This document shows, one piece after another, positions 27,184-39,214 of a stretch of DNA of 64,000 nucleotides. This DNA is from Octopus vulgaris (taxonomy: Eukaryota): positions 70,742,001 through 70,806,000 of the forward strand of contig OX597831.1 in assembly GCA_951406725.2 (NCBI GenBank), given 5' to 3'. The stretch's first letter is position 1; the number at the start of each line of letters is the position of its first letter. A program made the position numbers and the translations under genes. Below the pieces are notes generated by a model. The model ran no database searches. It was not told the origin of the DNA and saw only the letters and a program-made list of their open reading frames with translations.

Positions 27184-27199
27184 CCTTCTATATAATAAA

Positions 27200-27234
<35 letters not shown>

Positions 27235-27418
27235 TTGTCATCATCATTGTTGTCGTTTAATGTCTGCCTTCTGGTCTAGCGCAACTATACACACACACAT
27301 ACTTATATATACAGATGTATATGTATAGAAATAATTCAGATTCAGTTGAATTAGGTACTTAAGTTGAGGCACCAAGTCAGTCTGTCCACATAGCTCGAAG
27401 CTGGGAAAATGAAAGGCA

Positions 27419-27720
27419 AATAAGTAACAAGGATGTCCGTGTATCCGTGCAATATGGCTGTTTCAAGTGGCTCTTTTTAATCAGTCAGTGCAAACATTAC
27501 ATCAATTTGAAATAAACCACTCTCCTTGGTTGCCTACGACCATATAGACTTCCAACATACAAGATATTCCATTGGTTATCGAGGATATCGAGGATATAAC
27601 CAGTGGCATCGAGGAGAGTGGTTTATTTCAAATTGATGTAATGTTTGCATTGATCGATTAAATGGAGCCACTTGAAACGGCCGTAATGGTACGGATACCA
27701 AAACATCCTTGTCACTTATT
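27419..27720. repeat. Fold-back element with ~115-bp inverted arms and degenerate HHRs
   Basis: Arms ~27419-27532 and ~27605-27720; right arm has GAAA-CGGCCG-TA, left arm (minus) CTGATTA..GAAACAGCCATA. Confidence 0.75.
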
Positions 27721-27764
27721 TGCTATGTATGTGTATATCAGTCTGTATATGTTATATCCGGATC

Positions 27765-28040
27765 AAGGATGGGGGGAACCAAAGAGGTAGCTGAAGATTT
27801 TCTTGGATTTATACAGCTTGGGCAGACAAATTCCCAATCAATCACTGAGGCACTGATGACCAGCCTAAGGAAGTGGAATGCTGATTTAAGCAAGTGGAGA
27901 GGAAAAGGCTTTGATGGAAATCACTAGCCATCACCTGTGATGGCTAGTGATTTCAGTGGTATGTCAAAACTCATAAAAGATGCTCGTCCACAAGCAAAAT
28001 ACTTCACCCTTGCAGGAACCATTGCCTCAACCTTGTAGTG
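27765..28040 (+). mobile_element. hAT transposase remnant (Tip100/ZMYM1-like)
   Basis: EDFLGFIQL..SITEAL...W.ADLSKWRGKGFDG; further on P.AKYF.CRNHCLNLVV (CxxH motif). Confidence 0.72.
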
Positions 28041-28059
28041 GTTACTTCCCACTATATAT

Positions 28060-28369
28060 ATCATCATCATCATCATCATCATCATTTAGCGTCCGCTTTC
28101 CATGCTAGCATGGGTTGGACGGTTCGACTGGGGTCTAGGAAGCCAGAAGGCTGCACTAGACCCAGTCTGATCTGGCAGTGTTTCTACAGCTGGATGCCCT
28201 TCCTAACGCCAACCACTCCGTGAGTGTAGTGGGTGCTTTTTACGTGTCACTGGCACAGGTGCCAGACGAGGCTGGCAGACGGCCATGATCGGATGATGCT
28301 TTTTACGTGCCACTGGAACGGGGACCAGACGAAGCTGCCAACGGCCACGGTCGGATGGTGCTTTTTACG

Positions 28370-28373
<4 letters not shown>
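28060..28373 (-). mobile_element. RTE 3' end fragment
   Basis: (CAT)n tail, GCGTCCGCTTTCCATGCTAGC, about two 3'UTR repeat units. Confidence 0.88.
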
Positions 28374-28460
<87 letters not shown>

Positions 28461-29130
28461 ATATGTATGTGTGTATGTGTGTATCTATGTATATAAATGT
28501 ATCAATTCATTTATTTAGTATTAACAACAGAATCAGCTTCACTCAGTGAGCTTCTCAAAGTTCTGTTAAAGTTTTAGAAGAATTAGAAGAATACATCTAT
28601 AAGTCAGATTATTGCAATACGTTAATTACACAGATGTAAATTAATGACACATAAAATGAGGCTGAGATATTTCAATGAGTGAATCATAACAAGTCGTACA
28701 TAAGTTAAACTTAATGAAATTAAAGAACAGATTAATGAATAATTTCCAAAACTTTAATGGATGGTTTTCAAATATTTAGTGCTGCAGAGATGTGCCGATT
28801 ATTGAAGTAAGGAGATATAGGAAGAGAAATAACTTGTTTTTTTTACTAGGGTATTTAGATATGAGGCTTGTCAAGAGACAGACAGACAGACTGAGAGATG
28901 GAGGGAGGGAGGGAGAGAGAGAGAGAAGCGAGACGAACACAAAGGAAAATGAGGAAATATCACTGTGTTTGTAAAGCTGAAATTACCATTGTTATTACTA
29001 TGTTTATATAATGTCAATTAGTTAGAAGTTAAGTTAGGTTAAATGTGTAATGAAACAACAGTGGTGTGTGCCTACTTAGGATATCTATATATCTGTATAT
29101 ATGAAAATATGGGTGTGTGTGTGTGTATGA

Positions 29131-29462
29131 GTTAAGTTAATTTTTTGGCTCAAAAAGCAAAAAGCCAAGCCATGTAGGGGGACACAGAGTTATGTACAGG
29201 GTGGTGTTTATGTAAAGAGTTCAGGCCACTTGAGGTCAAGGGAGACTTTGAACCGAGCGGTTGTCGGCATCTTCACCATCTCGTCCGGCAGCTTATTCCA
29301 CGGATCTGCACCCTGGACGGGGAAAGCCCCTCTCCTTCGATTGAGATGAAATCGTCGCAGATAGAGCTTTCCGGAATGACCCCGCAGCCGACGCTCTGGA
29401 GCACGAGTGAAGAACAGCTCTTTCGAGAGGTTACACTTTCCGCTTATGATGTTGTGAGCAAG
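29131..29462 (-). mobile_element. CR1-clade LINE 3' end
   Basis: Aligns with 46191-46530; (TTAAC)n tail. Confidence 0.88.
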
Positions 29463-29508
29463 AAAGATTATATATGCATGTGTGAGGGTATACTTATGTC
29501 TTCATATT

Positions 29509-29720
29509 TCTCTTTTACTCTCTTTTACTTGTTTCAGTCATTTGACTGCGGCCATGCTGGAGCACCGCCTTTAGTCGAGTAAATTGACCCCGGGACTTAT
29601 TCTTTGTAAGCCCAGTACTTATTCTATCGGTCTCTTTTGCCGAACCACTAAGTGACGGGGACGTAAACACACCAGCATCGGTTGTCAAGCAATGCTAGGG
29701 GGACAAACACAGACACACAA

Positions 29721-29771
<51 letters not shown>

Positions 29772-29931
29772 ACAGGCTTCCTTCAGTTTCCGTCTACCAA
29801 ATCCACTCACTGAGCATTGGTCGGCCCGGGGCTATAGCAGAAGACATTTGCCCAAGATGTCACGCAGTGGGACTGAACCTGGAACCATGTGGTTAGTAAG
29901 CAAGCTACTTACCACACAGCCACTCCTACGC
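29509..29931 (-). mobile_element. SINE family A
   Basis: Matches consensus. Confidence 0.92.
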
Positions 29932-30380
29932 TCGTTTATATATATATAAACAAAACATAACGTTTTGTATGTCTAAAAGTATGCGTGTGTTCTAGGGTAG
30001 GAAGAGTGGCAATAATCCATGCCTCCTTGACCCTTTAGTCTGGTGTCTTATCTGTAGGACATTCATGAATAGGTATTATTTTTTCTTTAATTTTCTTTTA
30101 TCTTTTATGATCATGCTTGATTCTTGACCACTGGCCAGAGCTATGAACTAATGAAGATAGCAGCCTGAAAATAAGTAGTTTTGAACTAGTTGCCCTCTGT
30201 GTTTGTGACCCACTTTCTCTGTAAATTCTGTTGTACTTTCTCAAACTTTTACTTGCTGCACCATGGTTGGTCTTACTTGTTTACATGTTTAAAATTTACC
30301 TGACAACAGCAGGTTCTTGCCATGATAAAGTGCTGCTGAAAGAGCTGTGGATTTTGAACCGACTTGCCTTCTTCTGATAT

Positions 30381-30794
30381 ACTCTCTCTTTACTCTTTTA
30401 CTTGTTTCAGTCATTTGACTGCGGCCATGCTGGAGCACCGCCTTTAGTCGAGCAAATCGACCCCGGGACTTATTCTTTTCGTAAGCCCAGTACTTATTCT
30501 ATTGGTCTCTTTTTACCGAACTGCTAAGTGACAAGCACGTAAACACACCAGCATCGGTTGTCAAGCAATGCTAGGGGAACAAACACAGACAGACAAACAC
30601 ACACACATACATATATATATATACATATATACGACAGGCTTCTTTCAGTTTCCATCTACCAAATCCACTCACAAGGCATTGGTTGGCCCGGGGCTATAGC
30701 AGAAGACACTTACCCAAGATGCCATGCAGTGGGACTGAACCCGAAACCATGTGGTTGGTTAGCAAGCTACTCACCACACAGCCACTCCTGCGCC
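30381..30794 (-). mobile_element. SINE family A
   Basis: Matches consensus; abuts the tail of an older copy. Confidence 0.92.
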
Positions 30795-30796
30795 TC

Positions 30797-31060
30797 TTTT
30801 ATTCTTTTACTGATTTCAGTCTTTTGACAGTGGCCATGCTGGAGCACTGTCTTAAAGGGGTATTTTTTTAGACAAAGAAATTGATCAGGACTTATTCTTT
30901 GTAAGCCTAGTATTTATTCTGTTGATCTCTTTTGCTGAACCGTTAGAATTCAGGGTATGTAAACACACCAGCATTAGATGTCAAGCAATGGTGGTGGGAC
31001 AAACATAGATACAAAGACACACACACATAATTATATATGAATGTGTGTATATATATATAC

Positions 31061-31121
<61 letters not shown>

Positions 31122-31512
31122 ACACGAAGCTTTGTCAGTGAACAGGTCGCGGCCTCAAAGTGACAAAAATATTTTGACACATTAAATTTATATGTTGAAG
31201 TGAATCTAATGGTTTTGTGTGTTTCTTAAATGGCTTATAAACACCTTCCACACTGCACTTGTTTTCATTCCAGCACACGATCTCAGATCAAGTCACTCGC
31301 TATGCAAGTACATCTCCATAATATATATATATATATATATGAATATATACGATGGGCTTCTTTCAGTTTCTGTCTACCAAATCCACTCATGAGGATTTGG
31401 TCGACCCAAGGCTATAGTAGAAGAAACTTGCCCAAGGCTCCATGCAGTGGGACTGAACCCAGAATTATGTAGTTGGGAAGCAAGCTTCTTACCACACAGC
31501 CACGCCTACACC
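30797..31512 (-). mobile_element. Older SINE family A copy interrupted by ~200 bp insert in its internal (TA)n
   Basis: 3' half 30797-31030, 5' half 31345-31512, unrelated sequence ~31120-31320. Confidence 0.78.
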
Positions 31513-31519
31513 TATGCAA

Positions 31520-32105
31520 ATAGGGTGTGGTGAATAAACTGTTATCTAAATTATGCAAAAATGAAAATAACACTGACATCTCATTTTAACAGATATATTT
31601 CCCAAAATTATATAAAAATATCTTGAAATACTAAAGAGTAGATTTATTCAACCACGGCCTTCAGATGACTTGAGAATCTCCTGCAACTCTTTTGGACAGT
31701 CTCCTTGTTTAAGTTGATGAATGCTGCCATAGTCGTTGCCTTCATTTCATCTTTGGTGTTACAAGGGGTTTTGTTGCTCTCTTGCTCAACTGCACCCCAT
31801 GCAGAATAATGAAGTGGGGTTGCAGTCTGGAGAGTGAAGGGGCTAAATGTTAGGGGTGAAGTTATCACAGAAATTGTCTGACAGTCATGACTGGGTTCTC
31901 TTGTTTGTGTAGCATGGTGCAGGGTCCTTCCAGCAGCCACTCTTAACCCAGGGTAGCACTACCTCCTCCAGGCACTTAATGTAGGCCTCTGTGTTGAGAC
32001 TGAGGCCATGCAGGGAGATGAATGGGAGCATAACATCGCCATCACTAGTGATCCCTCCAAACACCATGATGTTAACTGGATGTTTGATTTTTATTACTCT
32101 CGATA
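31520..32105 (-). mobile_element. Tc1/mariner superfamily (maT/DD37D-like) transposase remnant
   Basis: MVFGGITSDG..LNTEAYIKCLEEVVLPWVK..DPAPCYT.KRTQS..SPDCNP; probable TIR end near 31520. Confidence 0.78.
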
Positions 32106-32689
32106 CAAGTCCTCAGATTTTCCTAAAATTTTCGGACTATTGAAAAGGTTGCAAGACGCAATGAAAATTTTAGGAAATTAAAAATAAGAAATAAGTGGAA
32201 ATTTTACCGGTGAGTGTGTTACATTATAAGGCACAAAAAGAAAATGACTCTCCCCAGACACAACAGAATAAAGAAAAGATGTTTTGGGTATTTGGGTTAT
32301 AAAAGTTTGGTTCTAAGGCTTTGGTGATGAAAATACTTAAATTATTTAAGATCAATAATATTTATAATTAGGAATAGTACGGGATTGTATGGAAAATAAA
32401 AACTGAAGTTGTAATTTTTATTGAAGAGGATTAACAAAAGGGAATTTTTTAAATGAAATTAAGTGTTTGTAAAGATTACTGTACATAAAATATCTCATAT
32501 AAGTCTCAATAAGTATGTGTTATAAAAATTTAAAGCAATGATAACCCTTAAATACATCATTGGGATACATAATGGTACAAAAAAGTGGGGAAATTATTGC
32601 GTTTGTGCATAATTATTGTGGCTTTTTTTCAACAAATTTTATTCAACAAATACAATAACAATATTTGACAAAAACATCTTTAAATGAAG

Positions 32690-33408
32690 GTCTGTAATCA
32701 GAAATCCACTACTTTCAAAAACAAACGTTGCAACCCATTTAGAGTGGAGTAAAAACCTACAGAATTGGTCTCTAGAGCAGTGGAAGAATGTTATTTTCTT
32801 GGACGAGTCGTCCTTTATCTTTTGAGACAGCTAAAGGAAGCATTTGACCCAGACTGCCTTCTTCCAACTGTTGAACATGGAGGAGGATCTGTGATTATCT
32901 GGGGGGATCTATATGTTGGAAATCTACCGGCTCAATGGTTTCCCTTCATGGCAGAATTAATAGTCAAGATTATTTAAGCATTTTATCTGATCAAATTCAT
33001 CCCATTGGGGTGGAACTGTTTCTAGAGGGAAACGCAATCTTTCAGGATGATAATGCACCAATTCACACAGCTAAAGCTCTTACTGAAAGGCACTAGGAAC
33101 ATTCTAGTGAAGTTGAATATCTTATCTGGCCACCACAGTCCCCAGATCTCAATATTATTGAACATTTATGGTACATTTTAGAAAAAACAAGTAAGGAGTC
33201 AATATCCTCCACCATCATCACTACAAGAACTGGTGACTGTTTTAGCTGCAGAATGGACAAAAATTCCTTTGAAAACAATTCAAACTTTGTACGAGTCCAT
33301 ACCTTATAGAATTCAAGCTGTAATTACTGCCAAAGGCTGTCCTACTCATATTAAAATAAAGTTGTTTGAAATTTTAAGGTGTTTCCATTATTTTGTCCAA
33401 CCCCTGTA
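32690..33408 (+). mobile_element. Tc1 (DD34E) transposon 3' half
   Basis: PTVEHGGGSVIIWG, IFQDDNAPIHTAK, LIWPPQSPDLNIIEHLW, LYESIPYRIQAVITAKG; TIR ..TTTTGTCCAACCCCTG followed by TA. Confidence 0.88.
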
Positions 33409-33499
33409 TATATATAATACCGGAAATGAATGTCCCTACTTGCATTATGATGGCACTCATAAACCACAACCCTGTGATGTTAAGGCAATGGGATGGTAA

Positions 33500-33692
33500 C
33501 ACATTCACATATGCACATATATACAACAAGCTTCTTTCAGTTTCCATGTACCAAATCTGCTTACAAGGTTTTGATTGACTTGGGGAAGGCTTTGGTACAA
33601 GACACTTACCTAAACTGCTTCACAGTGGGACTGAATCCAGGACTGTGAGGTTCGGAAGTAAATTTGTTACCACACAACAGCCATGCCTGTAC
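33500..33692 (-). mobile_element. SINE family A 5' half, diverged
   Basis: CTTCTTTCAGTTTCC..CAGTGGGACTGAA..TTACCACAC. Confidence 0.7.
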
Positions 33693-33724
33693 CCCTTCCC
33701 CCTTCTCTCTCACTCTGTGTGTGT

Positions 33725-33789
<65 letters not shown>

Positions 33790-33903
33790 TGTGTGTATGC
33801 ATGCACATTTTGATATTTTGCTTAGGCATTGCAATATTACTAACGTATTGTTAGAACTCAATATACGTATGCAGAGCATTAGAGGAGTACAGAGCAATAA
33901 TTA

Positions 33904-34287
33904 GAAAATGAGATGATAAAGAAATAAACAATTGTCTTCTGAACTTCATTAGCTTACAGCTGTTTCTGCTACAAGATGCAGTGGACTCATAGTTGAATGC
34001 CTGAGTAATACATTATTGCTTCATTGGAGCCTTGAATATGAAATGCAATCTATTTGGGAAAAGAATTTCATTTATGCAAATATATAGACAAAAGCATTAC
34101 CAAGGAGAAAGCAAACACATAGGAGGAGGATGAAGATCAAGGGATTCTCCCATAAATAGAATAAGATTAATCATATAAGATTAATCTCCAACATTCAACT
34201 ATGAATCCACTGTATCTTATAGCAGAAACAGTTATAAGCTAATGAAGTTCATAAGATTATCACTTATTCTTTTGTCATCTCATTTTC
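33904..34287. repeat. Fold-back element with ~95-bp inverted arms
   Basis: 33904-33999 vs 34192-34287; arms contain GAAA-CAGCTG-TA (HHR 3'-half-like). Confidence 0.8.
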
Positions 34288-34513
34288 TTATATGTATATA
34301 CATATATAAATCTAAATCACAATAAATGGATTCAAGTAATCCAGTAGTACTCATAAAAAAAAGCTCCTTAATGTATCATTCTACAAAACATACAATATGT
34401 AGTATGATACATGTTTTTAAGTTACGAAACAATTTGTTATGATATTTGAATTTTATTATTGTTCAGTAACATTTCAGGGAACTATTTCTGTCATTTATGA
34501 CTTCATATATACA

Positions 34514-34700
34514 TACTCTTTTACTCTTTTACTTGTTTCAGTCATTTGACTGCGGCCATGCTGGAGCGCCACCTTTAATTGAGCAACTTGACCCTGGGAC
34601 TTATTCTTTTGTAAGCCCAGTACTTATTCTATCAGTCTCTTTTGCCGAACCGCTAAGTAATGGGGACATAAGCACACCAGCATTGGTTGTCAAGTGATGC
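34514..34700 (-). mobile_element. SINE family A 3' half
   Basis: Tail and 3' block present, ends in (TA)n. Confidence 0.85.
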
Positions 34701-34746
<46 letters not shown>

Positions 34747-34912
34747 GGAATATATTACCAAATATATATGTTTTATTTATTATTTTGTACATTACTTAAT
34801 CATTGGTATATGTTTTTATCTTATATTTAATTTTTTCTATAGGATGTAATTTTGTTCTATATGGTATAATTAAATTTTTTCATTGTTAAATAGATAAAAG
34901 GTGTTTTTTCTA

Positions 34913-34953
<41 letters not shown>

Positions 34954-36099
34954 GATAGGTAGTTAGGTAGGTAGGTAGGTAGGCAGGTAGAGAGAAAGAG
35001 AGAGTGAGAAAGTCAGACAGACAGACAGGTAGACAGGCAGGCAGACAGGCAGAGTCAGATAGACAAAAGTTACCTAAGTGAGATTACCCAAAGCAACCAT
35101 GCCATGAATTTTGATAATTTAAGGAGTTCTTTGTATATGTATACTTGAATTAGGTATGCAAGAAGTTTGTAATGAAATGAAATTTATATTGTGTTAGGGA
35201 AGAAAATATCAAACTGGTTATTAACAGTGGTTCTTAAAGGGGAGAGGGAATAATTTCAAATCTTTTCAATCTTGCTTTGAACAGAAGACATAATCTGAGG
35301 AGTAGACAAAATTACTGTCTTTTTACCTGTTTAATTTGCATAATTACAAAAATAATGATCTAAGGAAAATAACTCACAGTGGCCTCCTGGTAGGAATCGA
35401 AATATTTCATTGAGGTTGAGATGAACTGAAGGTTGTGAACAAAAAACATTTAAGGAGCTTACATTTTAGCTGAAGACAAAAAAAAATCAAATGAAAATTC
35501 AATTTTCCATGAAATGAATTCGTAGTTTCTAGAAAGTTTTTCCACTTTTCTTGTAGAGTGGTTAACAATAGAAATACTGCAAAGTTTTCTTCTTTTCTGC
35601 TTAGAGGTAAATTTTGATTAATTAAACAAGAATGAATAATGAATGCACAAAAGATACATAGGATTATAAGCAAGTAAATAGAAAAGGAGTTTGTTAGTAG
35701 CAGATTTACAAGAATTGTTAGATGTAGTAGTTAAATCTTACAAATGCTGAGAGGACTGCCTAGTAAGAGATGTGTATGATTAGAATAAGGAGATAGGTCA
35801 AAATGAAAACAGGAAGAGAAAATGAGAGGAAGAAAGAGAGAGAAAAGAAAAAGAACAAACAGAGAAATAAAAATAAAATAAAAAGCGAAAGAGAAAATAG
35901 AAATGAGTGAAAAAGTGAAGAAAGGGTGCAACAAGTGAGAAAAAGAGTGTTAGTTGGTGGTCAAAATAATGTGAGGAAAAGATGGGAGATGAGTGGGGGA
36001 GGGGTGATTGGAAGAAATGAGAAGGTAAGGAGTGAATAAGTGTGAGATATGTGAGTAGGGATGATATGATAGGGCTGTATTAAGGGATAGGCAGAAAAA

Positions 36100-37140
36100 A
36101 GGTATGGGTGGGGATGATACCAAAGTGAGTAGTAGTTTTAGAGGTAAAATTTAAAGTGGTGGGAAGAATACAAGGTTGTCAAATTTTTATAAATAGACGT
36201 ATGTGATAGGTTAGTGTGATAGGCAGGAATCAAAAGGAGGAAAGAAGAAGGTATAATGACATATGTACGCATGCAAACACGTACATATACATGTATCTGT
36301 ATATGTATGTATGCATACATATTCACATGCACAAACATATATACATATATATAAACACGCATATACATACATATACATACATATAAGTGCACCATAAATG
36401 TATTCATACACACATATGCATGTGCATACATATACACATACATGCATATTCACATACATACATGCTGGTGCACACGTGCTTACACACAGCCACATGAACG
36501 TGTGCATAAAGGTACTTATGTATGCATATATGCACATAATACACTCACTCATATATATTTGTATATGCATATGCATATACATACACACACATATATACCC
36601 ACATAGATATACATACATAAAAATACATGCACACATATTTACATATACACATGTATCCGCTTGTGTGTCCATATATGTAGTATTAGATGATTGAGATCCT
36701 TAAAGTAAGGTAGGGGAGTTAAAAAAATTAAAGATTAAAAATTAAAATGGAGATAAAGGAAAGTTTAGTAGGGTTGTTGGGGATTACCTAAGGGGTGTTG
36801 TGGATATATGGTGTGTGGTTATTTAGGTTGCATTTAAATTTGTGGTAAAATTTGAAGGTATGGAAAAAGCAGTGGTTGCATGTACTTAGGGCCTCATTAT
36901 ATCTATTTAGTAGTGTCGAGGAGTTGTGCTTTAATATGTGGAATGCCTCTTTTAGGCATAACTTACAGGCTAAGCATTGACCTTGGTATGGAAGCCCTGA
37001 ATCTATTATGGATCATGACAAAATGCAGGGAATATTTCTATTTTTGAGATGATGTATGTAACTGGCGAGTATTGTGGATTTATTGTGTTTCTTGTATCTA
37101 AAAGAATTGAGATGAGCAGCATATTGCTGTTTAAAATTTG
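36100..37140 (-). mobile_element. Older Penelope-like element 3' end (GIY-YIG C-terminus plus microsatellite-rich 3'UTR)
   Basis: Minus frame 36833-37140: NFKQQYAAHLNSFRYKK..STILASYIHHLKN..S*SII..PY..CKLCLKEAFHIL..LLNRYNEALSTCNH; not in ORF track because of a stop; left boundary uncertain. Confidence 0.82.
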
Positions 37141-37208
37141 GATATCCTCTGATGAAGGGATATCCATAATATCTCAGAAAGGTGAGATATGTATATCTAT
37201 ATATATAT

Positions 37209-37345
37209 AGGTGCAGGCATGGCTATGTGGTAAGAAGCAAGCACATGGTTCTGGATTCAATCCCACTGCATGACACCTTGGATGAGTGTTGTCTACTATA
37301 GCCTCAGGCTGATCAAAGATTTGGTAGACAGAAACTGAAAGAAGT

Positions 37346-37350
<5 letters not shown>
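37209..37350 (+). mobile_element. SINE family A 5' half
   Basis: Head and CORE block then (TA)n. Confidence 0.78.
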
Positions 37351-37383
<33 letters not shown>

Positions 37384-37656
37384 ATTCTAATCAATGTACA
37401 TTATACAATGGAGATAAAATATATGGTAGAAGTGAATTTTATTTAATTTTTATCTTATTTCATTTCTAATTATTCTGAATTATCTTTAGTATTCCTTAAA
37501 TCCTTAAAAATGTTTTAGCCCGAAGGCCTCGGCCATGCTGGGGCACCACTGCTGTATTGTTTAGTATTGTTTAGTTTAAACACTGGAGTTCATCAATTTC
37601 AAAATACATCCAACTAATTCATTTTTTTCCAATGCTCCTTTCTCTTTTTCACCATA

Positions 37657-37820
37657 ATCATCATCATCATCATCATCGTTTAGCGTCCGCTTTCCATGCT
37701 AGCATGGGTTGGACGGTTCAACTGGGGTCTGGGAAGCCAGATGCTGCACCAGGCCCAGTCTGATCTGGCAATGTTTCCACGGCTGGATACCCTTCCTAAC
37801 GCCAGGATGCCCTTCCTAAA
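37657..37820 (-). mobile_element. RTE 3' end fragment
   Basis: (CAT)n plus CGTTTAGCGTCCGCTTTCCATGCTAGCATGGG. Confidence 0.85.
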
Positions 37821-38839
37821 CCATAAATTAGGCACCTAACCCTAATTTCTTCTTACTCAATCACAATCTCCTATATTTAAAACATTAAATTCAGAAAAAA
37901 ATTGGGAAAATAGACAAAGATTTCAAAGTTGTAAAAGTGAAGAGGAAGGTGGCTTACAAAATAATTTTTAAAAAAGCTGAAACTGGAAGATTTTGTTTTT
38001 TTTTTTGTTTTTTACAGAATCCCAAGAGAATTTTATAAAAACAAAATGGTAAACTTAAGTTAATCCAATATAAGCCTCATATAATTTAATTCTCATATAA
38101 TTTGGATGGGTGTTATTTATATTATATAAAATGGAGGTGGAATCAAATTTGTTCTTATTGTGTAACTCAGTACAGGTTTTTAAAATGGGTGTTATTGTTT
38201 ATATGAAATAAGTACTTACTAAAGTTAAATAAATCCGTGATTTGTTATGACCAACTATTCCTTTGACAGTGGCACCCAGTACAATAACAATTCAACATCC
38301 TGAACTTGTCAAAGAATGTCAGAATTATATGAATTTGAATCCTTAATATTTTAGATTAACTTGAATAACAACTACGACACTGAAAAATCAAAAATTATAT
38401 TTAAAATAAGCTACACCAAACGACAGAGTATTTAAAATACAAGCTTTTCTAAAGCAAGAATTTATGCTGGTAAATTTGTGTTGCTTATAAAGTTCTGCTT
38501 ACTACAATTTGGTTCATTTCTCATTACTATGATCCCCTCCTTCAGCAAGATACTACAAATTTGCTAACAAGAGTGAGATTGCCAGAAGCTACCAAGTTTA
38601 TAAACGTATCTGAAAGGTAAATGTAAATTTATTATTATTTTGAAAATAATTCCAACATTTACAAAAGGAAAAAGAAAAACATTGCCAAATAAGAACATAA
38701 AAAAAGATACTAGAAAGAGTGAACAATCTACATAATATACATAAATACATACATACATGCATGCATATATATGTATGTATATGTGTGTGTGTATATATAT
38801 ATATAAATATATAAATATATGTATATATTTATCTATATA

Positions 38840-38880
<41 letters not shown>

Positions 38881-38939
38881 ATATCTATCTATCTATATAT
38901 ATATATATATATACGTATATATATCTATCTATCTTTATA

Positions 38940-38973
<34 letters not shown>

Positions 38974-38988
38974 CATACATACACATAT

Positions 38989-39210
38989 TCTTTTACTTAT
39001 TTCAGTCATTAGACAGCAGCCATGCTGGGGCACTGCCTTGAAGAATTTTAGTCAAATGAATCAACCATAGGACTTTGCTTATTTTTAAGCTGGGTACTTA
39101 TTCTATCGGTCTCTTTTGCTGAACAACTAAGTTATGTGGGCATAAACACCACATGTTAAGCTGGTTGCTTAACATGTGGTGGGAGACAAACACACACACC
39201 CACATGCACA
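38989..39210 (-). mobile_element. SINE family A 3' half, diverged
   Basis: Tail TTTCAGTCAT..CCATGCTGGGGCAC. Confidence 0.72.
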
Positions 39211-39214
39211 TACA

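Larger units (their letters stand above)
22861..27199 (-). mobile_element. Young 5'-truncated Penelope-like element with inverted pLTR
   Basis: GIY-YIG frame 26420-26905; ~22931-23200 is the reverse complement of ~26915-27199; both arms hold an HHR; (TA)n on both outer flanks. Confidence 0.88.

Noticed and set aside
38257-38317. Possible pre-miRNA hairpin
   Set aside because: Only ~11 bp of basal pairing and a large unpaired loop; no recognised mature sequence
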